DNA from: Tepidisphaeraceae bacterium
GTDB lineage: Bacteria; Planctomycetota; Phycisphaerae; Tepidisphaerales; Tepidisphaeraceae
Assembly (NCBI GenBank): GCA_049520395.1
Contig: JBEKPV010000004.1
Span: 4,672-68,671 of the forward strand
Reading direction: 5' to 3'
DNA: 64,000 nt
Part shown: piece after piece, positions 56,196 through 64,000 of the stretch
How positions within the stretch are numbered: position 1 is the first letter of the stretch
Layout of the letters: each line of letters begins with the position of its first letter
The notes under the pieces: generated by a model
Told to the model about the DNA's origin: nothing
Seen by the model: only the letters and a program-made list of their open reading frames with translations
Database searches by the model: none
Program-made: the position numbers and the translations under genes

Positions 56196-56900
56196 CTAAG
56201 AAAGCTTCAGCTCCAGGATTTTGGCAACCGCCCGCTGATACTCCGGCTTGAGATGCCGCCGTTTTTTTTCCCTCAAAATTGGCCTCACCTTGGCTCGATC
56301 CAAATTCAGATTTCGCACCAGCGGCAATTCCCACGATTCATATTCATCCGGCTTGCAGGTCTTCGTTTTTCCCAATGCCAATTGGATTCCCCTCACCGCA
56401 TGCACCGCCAATTTCCGCTGAAAGGCTCGCGGGTCTGAGTTACTTTTCTTGTAAAGCTCAATCGAGTTCACAAAAACCGTCGCCGACTCATCGTGGCAAA
56501 ACATCAGGTTAAACGGCACGCTGGTCGTCTTGCGCACCGTCACGGAATCCCCAAACCGCTTCCCCACATCGCTGACATTCCTGAAATCGGATCGAAATTG
56601 CACCCGCGGCATTCCCAGCATGCTCGCCACCATATATTCCGCCACCGTCCCCGAATCCAATTCCAACCCATTCATATTCGCCAGCACAAAATCCCGCTCG
56701 ATCATCGCCAGATAATCTTCCGCGCGAATCGCTCGATCGCGACCCTCCTCCTGCGTCGCCATATCCTGCGGCAAATCGATCCGAATCATCCCCCGCGAGA
56801 CTCGCTCGATCTCCCCCGCCAGCGCCCGATTACCGATCAATTCCTGCCCGGAAAAAAGCCCACCGGCGAAATACCCGGCAAGTCTCACAGCACTTCCCAT
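56196..56900 (-). CDS. Nucleoside 2-deoxyribosyltransferase-like N-terminal domain protein with an uncharacterised C-terminal half
   Basis: LAGYFAGGLFSGQELIGNRALAGEIE...IDLPQD...IRAEDYLAMIERDFVLANMNGLELDSGTVAEYMVASMLGMPRV matches the YLAGPLF...N..L...LPQ...D...DSGT..E.G.A pattern of PF05014-type proteins. The gene looks A/T-richer than its neighbours by eye. Confidence 0.5.
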   Translation of the reverse strand: MGSAVRLAGYFAGGLFSGQELIGNRALAGEIERVSRGMIRIDLPQDMATQEEGRDRAIRAEDYLAMIERDFVLANMNGLELDSGTVAEYMVASMLGMPRVQFRSDFRNVSDVGKRFGDSVTVRKTTSVPFNLMFCHDESATVFVNSIELYKKSNSDPRAFQRKLAVHAVRGIQLALGKTKTCKPDEYESWELPLVRNLNLDRAKVRPILREKKRRHLKPEYQRAVAKILELKLS

Positions 56901-56939
56901 GTAAGCGACTTTACCGAAACGCGAAGCCCCCGCAATATT

Positions 56940-58724
56940 TCACGGCGCGGTTTTCCACGTCTGCCAAACCCGGTAAATCGTGCCATTGTCCACGGCCACA
57001 TAGTCCACGTTGCCCGAAGCATCGAACGGGTGCTGATCGGCGCTGATCGAAACGATGTGGTCGTACCGGGGACCCGCGACCCCGTCGATTGCCACAAACC
57101 ATTTATTCCCGATCTCCCCCTCGTATACGAAATGTTTGCTGTCGGCGCTGAACGCGTCCGATTTCGGCAGGAATTCGTCGCACAGCGGACCCTCCACGTT
57201 GTCCACCACAGCGACTTTGCTTTTCTTTTCCTTCACCGCCCAATACGCAACGCGCCTTCCGTCGGGGCTGAAGACCAGGGTGTCGAGCATAATCCACGGG
57301 TAAGGCGCCCCCTCTTTCCCGTCGACGACCACAAATTCGCTGGTGCCTCTTTTGGCGTAATACGCGAAATGCCTGCCGTCGGCGCTAAATACCATGCTGC
57401 CCGCGCCGACGCCGTCGTACTGCGGACTTTCCACGCCGTCCAAAACAACCACCCATTTCGTATCTTTTCTGGCCGCGTACGCGCAATGTTTTCCATCCGC
57501 GCTGAACGTGACGGAATCCGAAACGCCGCTATAGGGCTGCGGCTTCTCTCCATCCACCACGACTTCCCATTGGTGGTCGTTGGCCGCGACATAGGCCAGC
57601 CGTTTCCCGTCCGGGCTGAATTGGAAAGACCGGTCGATAACCACGTCGTTAACCGGGCCCGGCTTGCCGTCGCGCATCACAAACATCTTTCCCGCCTGTG
57701 CCACGCGGTACACAAAATGTTGACTGTCGGCGCTGAAAACGAACGCACGGGACGATCCGCGAATGATGTCCGATGGCGGTCCCTCCTGGCCGTCATAAAT
57801 CACCACGCAGGTGTGGTCCTTGAAAGCCAGATACGCGAAGTGTTTGCTGTCCGGCGAGAACGCCATGGTTGGCAGCGCGATTCCCTGATAGAGCGGCCCG
57901 CCCTGGTTATCGACCACGACGCGCAACATCGAGGGACCCAGATAGGCCAGATACATGAGGCGATTGCTGTCGGGGCTGAACCGGATGGATTCCTGCACCA
58001 CGCCGTTGTTTGTCGGCCCTTCTTTGCCGTCCACCACCACGACATATTTGTCCAGCTTTTTTACGATATAGGCGACGTGCTTGCCGTCCGGACTGAAGAC
58101 CAGGGACTCTTTGGCGATGGAGTCGTAAGCCGGACTCCACTGCCGATCCACGACCGCAAACCACTTCCCGCCGCTGGCGGCGAGATACGCCAAATGTTTG
58201 CCGTCAGGACTGAAAACCGGACCCTCCGGGCCCAGCGTGTCGCAGACTTGTCCGGCCCGTCCGTCGGCGACCACGAGCCATTGCTTGCCGATCCCCGCGA
58301 CATAGACAACGCGCCGACTATCGGCACCAAATTTCAACGAATTGACTCCGATCGCGTCATACGAATTTCCATCTTCCTTCCCATCGACCACCGCGAGCCA
58401 TTTAGCGCCGCTTCGGGCGACGTATCCCCATCGACTGCTGTCCGGGCTAAAAATCAGACTGCGCGCGGAAACAAAATCGTACTTTTTTCCCGCTCGTCCA
58501 TCCAAAACCGCGAACCATCCCGTCGCCGAACGGCATACCGACGCGATGTGCCGACGATCTTTACTGTGCATTGAAAAAACGACCCCATCCGGCATCGGTC
58601 CCAGCGCCACCACCTTCACAGCGGCCACCGCCGCCGGACGAGATGTCTGCCCAAACGCAGCCGCCGCCGCGGCAAAAATCAGCACCCAAACCCATAAAAT
58701 TCTTCGACAGACCATAGATCGCAT
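56940..58724 (-). CDS. Secreted PD40 / WD40-like beta-propeller repeat protein (13 repeats)
   Basis: Signal peptide MRSMVCRRILWVWVLIFAAAAAAFG after ATG 58724. I counted 13 copies of the motif F-S-[PA]-D-[GS]-x-[HR]-x-x-Y, each preceded by W.VVVDG.EGP.YD. The track start at 58973 is implausible. Confidence 0.7.
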   Translation of the reverse strand: MRSMVCRRILWVWVLIFAAAAAAFGQTSRPAAVAAVKVVALGPMPDGVVFSMHSKDRRHIASVCRSATGWFAVLDGRAGKKYDFVSARSLIFSPDSSRWGYVARSGAKWLAVVDGKEDGNSYDAIGVNSLKFGADSRRVVYVAGIGKQWLVVADGRAGQVCDTLGPEGPVFSPDGKHLAYLAASGGKWFAVVDRQWSPAYDSIAKESLVFSPDGKHVAYIVKKLDKYVVVVDGKEGPTNNGVVQESIRFSPDSNRLMYLAYLGPSMLRVVVDNQGGPLYQGIALPTMAFSPDSKHFAYLAFKDHTCVVIYDGQEGPPSDIIRGSSRAFVFSADSQHFVYRVAQAGKMFVMRDGKPGPVNDVVIDRSFQFSPDGKRLAYVAANDHQWEVVVDGEKPQPYSGVSDSVTFSADGKHCAYAARKDTKWVVVLDGVESPQYDGVGAGSMVFSADGRHFAYYAKRGTSEFVVVDGKEGAPYPWIMLDTLVFSPDGRRVAYWAVKEKKSKVAVVDNVEGPLCDEFLPKSDAFSADSKHFVYEGEIGNKWFVAIDGVAGPRYDHIVSISADQHPFDASGNVDYVAVDNGTIYRVWQTWKTAP

Positions 58725-58972
58725 TCCATGAGTGGCACTGGCTTTAGCGCCCTCCCCATTCTGCTCGGCAAATTCAGCAAGCGCCTTCAATATTCCGCGC
58801 TCCCCCGCCGCTGCCGATTCCGCGCCAGATTCGTAATCCGCTGCAGTATAAAGACTTATACAATTGTGCGGTCGTCCGATTCGCGCCGATATCTGCTTCG
58901 GGCCGCTACAATTGTCCATTTCCCCATCGTCGCGCACATTGCTCGGCTGTAGAGTCTCACAGGGCCGGTTCA

Positions 58973-61288
58973 ATGGACGCCACTCAGGTACTTCAGGAAT
59001 ACGCCGCCAGTCGTTCCGACGACGCCTTCCGATCCCTCGTCGATCAATATCTCGGCCTGGTTTATTCCGCCTGTCTTCGCCAATTGAAGGACCGCCACCA
59101 TGCCGAGGACGCCACCCAGGCCGTCTTCATCTTGCTCAGTCAAAAAGCCGGCGCCTTACACCAGAATTATCTCACCGGTTGGCTGCTGACCACCTCACGC
59201 TATGTCTGCGCCAACATCCGAAAACGGGAAACGCGCCTCAAGCGTCGCCAGCAGGAAGCGGCCATGAACCCAACCCATCAAATCCAATCGCCCCGCCTCG
59301 ATCTCGTCGATCTTCTCGATGAAGCTCTTTGCCATTTAAGTTCCACCGACCGCGAGGCCCTGGTCCTCCGCTATTTGAAGGAGCAGCCGATCGAGGATGT
59401 CGCCCAGCAGCTCGGCCTCTCCCCCGAGGCCGCCCGCAAGCGCATCTTCCGCGGCCTGGAAAAACTTCGCGCCTATTTCTCGCGCCGCGGCGTCGCCGCC
59501 ACCTCCGCCGCTCTCGGCACACTCCTCACCGAGCAACTCCCCGGCGCGGCGCTAACTTCCGCCCTGCGCCAGTCCCTCACACAAGGCATTCTCCAAGTCT
59601 GTCACGCCGGCGCACACTCCGCCGCGGCAAGCGTCGCCGTCGCCAAAGGAGCCAAAACCATGATGATGCTGGCCAAACTAAAAACCGCCGCCGCCGTGGC
59701 CGTGATCGTCGCCGCCCTGGGAACCACCGGCTGGATGATCTCCCGCGCCTCGGCCGACAACGCGCCCCTCCCCCAAGCCGCCGCCCCCGTGACCGCTCCG
59801 CCAACCGCCCCACCGCAATCCGCGCCCCCCGCGCCGACCCTCCCTTCCACCGCCCCGACCGCGCTGACCGACGTCGCTCAGATTCTCCGCTGGAGCGTTC
59901 TTCTCGACGACGCCGGCTACGACACCCTCAAGCAAACCGTTCCCCAGGCCGTCGAAAGCCCGACCAAAAATCTAATCCCCGGCACATGCGAAACCGAAGC
60001 GCTCCACGGCGCCATACTTCAAGCCATGCAAACCAACGGTGCCGTTTGCGTCTCCGATCTGCGCAGCTATTCCCACAACACCTGGGCCACAGCCGCAACC
60101 GCCCCCGTCTACCTCGATCTCAGCGCCAAATCCCCCGAAGGAACTCTTTCCATCCGCGGCGGCGGATCCGGAAAACTCAATTCCACTCTGATCGATCCCG
60201 ACCACCGCAACATCCAGCTCGATTTCCCAAATCTCAAGCTCGACCTTCGCGATTCCCCCGATCAGACCGCTTCCGCCTCTTTGACCCTCACCTATACCGG
60301 CGTCCTGACCACCGGCAATTCCCTCGTCTTCGTCGCCAATATCCCCACCTCCCCCGGCCCCTCGTATCATCTGCTCATCGCCTACGAAGCGGTCAAGCTT
60401 CCCGATTGGCAGATGCCCTATTTCGCCCTCGTCAGTGATCTGCAATGGTATTTAAATTCCACCCCGGAAACCGTTTCCGCCATGGCCAGGCGCGCCCTCG
60501 TATGGGCCGCCAGCGCGCGGCATGATCCTTATACCGTGCCACCGAAATTCCGAAAACAATTGCCCGACGGAACCATCGCCGAGGTCACCGCCGTCAATTT
60601 TCTAAACGAGTACCCCTTTTGCTGGTGGGACGGCGAAGGTCAGCCGATCGACGCCGATCAAGACGTTTTTTACACCCAGCGCAATCTCGACCGCCCCGCC
60701 TATTCGGAAATCGCCGTCCTCGGTCCCGGCGGCGATTTTAATAACGCCTTCCCTCTGGGTCGGTCGAAAGGCGCATATTATCCGAACTTCATGATGCACG
60801 GCGATTACCTCTCCATGGGCCACAGCGGCCACGCCTCTTTCTGGGCCCCCTTCGGCCCCTGGACCCAAATCGGCCAAATCACCCCGGGCGGCTCCATCGT
60901 CGAAAGTGGCATCACCTATAATTTGATCGACGTCACCGGCGCTCCCCCCGAACAAATCGTCGCCAATCTCCAGCCCAACACCACCGGCGGCGACGCCATC
61001 GTACTCACCGCCGTCTTAAACGATGGAAGGGAAATCGGCAGCCTCTATCCCAACGAAATTCTGGGAAAGCGAGACTACAACCCCCCCTCGGAATTCACAG
61101 GCATCGACCCCAAAGACATAAAATTCTTTCACGTCTGGAAGCGCCAGCGCCAGCTAGTCACCTTTTCCGGCCTCCCCACGGTCCCCGCCGTCACACCCGA
61201 GGACAACCCAACCCCGGGCGAAGTCGCCGCCGCTTTGGCGAAGCTCAATATGCCGCAAGAGAATCCATCCACACAGCCGACCCGATAG
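58973..61288 (+). CDS. ECF-type sigma-70 factor fused to a TM helix and a ~500-aa extracytoplasmic domain
   Basis: Region 2: FRSLVDQYLGLVYSACLRQLKDRHHAEDATQAVFILL. Region 4: REALVLRYLKEQPIEDVAQQLGLSPEAARKRIFRGLEKLR. TM helix: AAAVAVIVAALGTTGWMI. A Pro-rich linker follows, then a large C-terminal domain of unknown type. Confidence 0.75.
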   Translation: MDATQVLQEYAASRSDDAFRSLVDQYLGLVYSACLRQLKDRHHAEDATQAVFILLSQKAGALHQNYLTGWLLTTSRYVCANIRKRETRLKRRQQEAAMNPTHQIQSPRLDLVDLLDEALCHLSSTDREALVLRYLKEQPIEDVAQQLGLSPEAARKRIFRGLEKLRAYFSRRGVAATSAALGTLLTEQLPGAALTSALRQSLTQGILQVCHAGAHSAAASVAVAKGAKTMMMLAKLKTAAAVAVIVAALGTTGWMISRASADNAPLPQAAAPVTAPPTAPPQSAPPAPTLPSTAPTALTDVAQILRWSVLLDDAGYDTLKQTVPQAVESPTKNLIPGTCETEALHGAILQAMQTNGAVCVSDLRSYSHNTWATAATAPVYLDLSAKSPEGTLSIRGGGSGKLNSTLIDPDHRNIQLDFPNLKLDLRDSPDQTASASLTLTYTGVLTTGNSLVFVANIPTSPGPSYHLLIAYEAVKLPDWQMPYFALVSDLQWYLNSTPETVSAMARRALVWAASARHDPYTVPPKFRKQLPDGTIAEVTAVNFLNEYPFCWWDGEGQPIDADQDVFYTQRNLDRPAYSEIAVLGPGGDFNNAFPLGRSKGAYYPNFMMHGDYLSMGHSGHASFWAPFGPWTQIGQITPGGSIVESGITYNLIDVTGAPPEQIVANLQPNTTGGDAIVLTAVLNDGREIGSLYPNEILGKRDYNPPSEFTGIDPKDIKFFHVWKRQRQLVTFSGLPTVPAVTPEDNPTPGEVAAALAKLNMPQENPSTQPTR

Positions 61289-61350
61289 AAAAAATCCCCC
61301 CACAAACCCCACAGGGAAATTACAGATAGCGTGGCAGGAGACTTACGTCT

Positions 61351-61413
61351 GAAATCTGAGATCTGAGATTCGAGATTCGAGATTCGAATTTCGAATTTCG
61401 AATTTCGAATTAT
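61351..61413. repeat. Nine tandem heptamers drifting GAAATCT, GAGATCT, GAGATTC x3, GAATTTC x3, GAATTAT
   Basis: Read directly. GAGAUUC can pair with GAAUUUC (one G.U pair per unit) only in the plus-strand RNA, giving a long hairpin after the ECF gene. The array lies in the convergent intergenic region with the ABC ATPase gene. Confidence 0.85.
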
Positions 61414-61472
61414 CTTCCCGCTTGTCCCCGCGTCGTCTGCACGAATTCCATTTCTTCAATCCGACGCGCAGT

Positions 61473-62330
61473 TCACCCCGCCCCCTTCTCCACCGGCCTC
61501 TTCTGCAACCCCGGCATCGCATCAAAATACGGCCGAATAACCGGCGAATCCGATTGCTGAAACGATTCGTACGTGCCGTCGAAAAAAACCACCCCGTCAT
61601 GCAGCATCACCACCCGCGGCCGCAATCGCCGCAGCAGATCCTTGTCGTGCGTGATAATCAGCGATGTCCGCCGAACCCCCCCCACCTCCTTTTGATGCGT
61701 CTGAAAAATCAAATCCTGAATCAATTCCGCATAATGCGGATCCAGCCCCGTCGTCGGCTCATCATAAAAAATCAGCAGCGGCTTCAGCGCCAGCGCCCGG
61801 GCAATCGCCACCCGCTTGGCCATCCCCCCCGACAATTCCTCCCGTTCCAAACCCAGAATTTCATCCGGATTCAGACCCACCGCCTCCACCGCCCGGCGAG
61901 ACCGCTCGTGAGCCTCCTTTTCGTCCATCCCCTTCACAAATTCCAACGCCAGCGAAATGTTGTATTCCACCGTCCCGGAAAAAAGCCCATTCCCCTGAAA
62001 CACCACCGCCCAGTGAATTCGCAATTGATCCATCCCCGCTTCGTCCAACTTGCAAAGATCCACCAGCGGCGACCCAGGCAGCTCATGATCCGCCAGCCAA
62101 ATCTCACCCGAGTCGGCTCGCAGATGACCGATCAAATGCTGCATCAAAACCGTCTTCCCCGACCCCGACCCGCCAACGATCGCGATCATCTCCCCGCGCG
62201 AAACCGACAGATTGATCCCCCGCAGCACCGCGGTAGTGCCAAACGATTTATAGAGATTCACCACGCGAATCTCCAGCGGATCGGAATGCGGGGCTTCAGG
62301 ATCCATAATCGCTCTCGTCGCCTCCCCCAA
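61473..62330 (-). CDS. ABC transporter ATP-binding protein (MlaF/Mkl-like)
   Basis: Walker A GGSGSGKTVLMQHL, signature LSGGMAKRVAIARAL, Walker B LIFYDEPTTGLDP. Confidence 0.85.
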   Translation of the reverse strand: MGEATRAIMDPEAPHSDPLEIRVVNLYKSFGTTAVLRGINLSVSRGEMIAIVGGSGSGKTVLMQHLIGHLRADSGEIWLADHELPGSPLVDLCKLDEAGMDQLRIHWAVVFQGNGLFSGTVEYNISLALEFVKGMDEKEAHERSRRAVEAVGLNPDEILGLEREELSGGMAKRVAIARALALKPLLIFYDEPTTGLDPHYAELIQDLIFQTHQKEVGGVRRTSLIITHDKDLLRRLRPRVVMLHDGVVFFDGTYESFQQSDSPVIRPYFDAMPGLQKRPVEKGAG

Positions 62331-62386
62331 ACCACGCCCGACATTCTACAGTTCCGCCCCATCCCGGTCGCCCTTAGCGCCAAACC

Positions 62387-62417
62387 AAAAAAAAAGCCCC
62401 GCACGCGCGTGCGGGGC
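62387..62417 (-). terminator. Rho-independent terminator of the GH28 gene
   Basis: On the minus strand, GCCCCGCAC GCGC GTGCGGGGC (9-bp GC stem) is followed by nine T, about 20 nt after the stop codon. Confidence 0.8.
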
Positions 62418-62438
62418 TCGGTAGAAGAAAGAATAAGT

Positions 62439-63692
62439 TTAGTACAGCGTCGTGGTAATCCCGCTGACGGTCGCGTCCCAGGTCTGCACGTCCGGCCCGC
62501 TCGACGCGGTGATCACACTCCCCTTGGTGAACGTCACGTCACTGGCATAATAAATATACAGCCCTGTTTTCGCCTTGATATTCACGTTGCTCAGCGTGAT
62601 CGCTCCAACGGGTTCCTCCGGCATACCGTAAATATCGCCCGCATGGGTCGCCCCGGTCGCCGTCAGATTCGTGATCGTTATCCCTTTCCAAATCGGCGTC
62701 GTGCTGTCCGGCGTGGTGCTCGCCACCGTCTTCGGATCGCTCGGATTGCTGTCATACCAACTGGTGATCTCAATCGGCGTCTCCACATCCGTCATCGTGA
62801 TATTCGTATACGAGCAGTTCTGCACCAGCCCGCCGTTCCCCTCCGAGGCCTTCAGGCGGATGCCGTACTGCGTCCCATTAAACGTGCAGTTGCTGACGGT
62901 CACTCCGTTCACCCCGTCATTGGTCTGCGCGCCGATCGACAACCCGTGCCCGGTCCCGAACGTGCAGTTGGTCACCGTGATATTGTTCGAGGCGGCATCC
63001 GCGGCCTTGATCGCAATGTCGTCGTCGCCGGTCGAAATATTGCAGTTCTCGATCACATAATTCGACCCGCAAGGATCGATCCCGTCCGTATTCGGCGACG
63101 TGCTCGGAGCGCTGATCGTAACGTGATTGCAAACCACGTTATTGGTGGCGTCGAAGGTAATGAATTCCTTCGGCGAATTGACCATCGTCACGTTGGAAAC
63201 CGTCACGCCATTGCATTTATTAAACCCGATCAGTGTCGGCCGATCGCTCGAACTCCACCACCCCGCCCCGTTACCGTTAATAGTCCCCGGCCCGGTGATG
63301 GCGACATTGCTGTCGTCATTAAATTGGATGAATTTGTTTTCGTAGCTTCCATAGTTGCTCATGGCGACCGCCTCCAGCACGCCGCCGCTGGCAATTTCCA
63401 AAGTGATGTTGTTGTAATTCGTGGTGATCGATTTGCTGAGGAAAGTTCCCGCCGGCACTTCCACCGTTCCGCCCCCCGCCTTATTGGCGGCCGTCAGCGC
63501 CGCTTCGATCGCCGCCGAGTTATCCGACGAGCTGGTGCTGGCGCCGTAGGAGGTGATCAGAAATGTTCCAGACAGATATTGCCGGCTTTCCAGCGTTTCC
63601 AGCATCCCAAAGCTCCGCGCCGAACCCTTATGCTTCTTGTTGGCACGCGCCGACACTTCACCCTTGCTCGACTTACCGAATCGAAGGAACAT
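62439..63692 (-). CDS. Glycoside hydrolase family 28 (polygalacturonase-like right-handed beta-helix), secreted
   Basis: NTDGIDP, GDDDIAIKA, GHGLSIG and GIRLKA are the GH28 catalytic-strand motifs. The N-terminus has FGMLETLESRQYLS. ATG 63692 is preceded by GGAGAA. Confidence 0.8.
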   Translation of the reverse strand: MFLRFGKSSKGEVSARANKKHKGSARSFGMLETLESRQYLSGTFLITSYGASTSSSDNSAAIEAALTAANKAGGGTVEVPAGTFLSKSITTNYNNITLEIASGGVLEAVAMSNYGSYENKFIQFNDDSNVAITGPGTINGNGAGWWSSSDRPTLIGFNKCNGVTVSNVTMVNSPKEFITFDATNNVVCNHVTISAPSTSPNTDGIDPCGSNYVIENCNISTGDDDIAIKAADAASNNITVTNCTFGTGHGLSIGAQTNDGVNGVTVSNCTFNGTQYGIRLKASEGNGGLVQNCSYTNITMTDVETPIEITSWYDSNPSDPKTVASTTPDSTTPIWKGITITNLTATGATHAGDIYGMPEEPVGAITLSNVNIKAKTGLYIYYASDVTFTKGSVITASSGPDVQTWDATVSGITTTLY

Positions 63693-64000
63693 TTCTTCTC
63701 CGTGCTGGTAGTGATTTACAAAAACCCCGATGATGCACAAACCGGCCTCTCCACATTGGAGATGCAGTCGATTCGCGTCACTGGCTGACTAGACAGGAAT
63801 CAAATACAATACAAGTGTTAAAAAAAGCCAATCCGCCGCGCATTTTTTACCAAGTCCAATAAAAACCCGCCCCGCCCCCGCAGGCCAGGAAAGATAAGCC
63901 CCCGTCCCACATTAGCCCGATGCGGCGGCAGTTTCCCCTCCGCCACATGCAAATCCGTCCTTCAACTCCCACAAGCCTCCGCCCACGGCAAAAATCTAAC

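Noticed and set aside
61351-61413. The tandem repeats at 6684, 41988, 49901 and 61351 considered as possible CRISPR arrays.
   Set aside because: The repeat unit is only 7 nt, with no unique spacers and no cas genes. The structure is tandem/inverted low-complexity sequence, not repeat-spacer.
1-64000. Mobile genetic elements (transposases, integrases, phage genes) flanking the A/T-richer inserts at 20126..20883 and 56196..56900.
   Set aside because: No ORF with DDE, tyrosine or serine recombinase motifs was seen anywhere in the window. No direct repeats were seen flanking the inserts. Horizontal origin therefore remains only a compositional impression.

Overview
GC-rich bacterial chromosome segment. 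The taxon is probably Planctomycetota, inferred from a DUF1559 / H-X9-DG prepilin-like protein, an N-terminal LE-x-R-x-LS secretion motif, many Ser/Thr kinases and an ECF sigma fusion. It cannot be verified here. Coding is dense on both strands, and most long ORFs in the track are opposite-strand shadows of real genes.

Housekeeping content:
- A glutamate synthase locus: gltB, a two-gene insert, then gltD.
- A fused indolepyruvate:ferredoxin oxidoreductase, trmB-purH, purQ, type II glutamine synthetase, moeA and pilT.
- The conserved block promoter - tRNA-Thr(GGU) - tuf - rpmG - tRNA-Trp(CCA) - secE - nusG. rpmG is missing from the ORF track.

Most interesting region: a ~9.4 kb co-directional minus-strand operon at 1..9450. 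It combines:
- a motor-only SecA paralogue;
- a PqqD-like / M50 (S2P) protease / HlyD fusion;
- a GAF-TM-HlyD protein;
- a secreted HlyD-like adaptor;
- a PIG-L/LmbE deacetylase;
- two paralogous GT4 glycosyltransferases.
I read it as a candidate uncharacterised envelope export/processing system.

Other notable points:
- Three ORF-disrupting lesions: a GAF-HlyD frameshift with an apparent internal deletion, a gltD frameshift, and an in-frame TAA in a HEPN-like gene.
- An A/T-richer two-gene cassette inserted between gltB and gltD.
- A family of intergenic hairpins built from tandem heptamers, at four loci.
- A perfect palindromic element embedded in frame in a membrane-protein gene.
- A nucleoside-2-deoxyribosyltransferase-like gene paired with a 13-repeat PD40 propeller gene, next to a divergently transcribed ECF-sigma/TM/extracytoplasmic fusion.
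- An FHA-GAF-PP2C phosphatase with two large Ser/Thr kinases.

No rRNA, CRISPR array, transposase or integrase was recognised. All calls rest on motif recognition by eye. No database search, GC calculation or fold computation was run.
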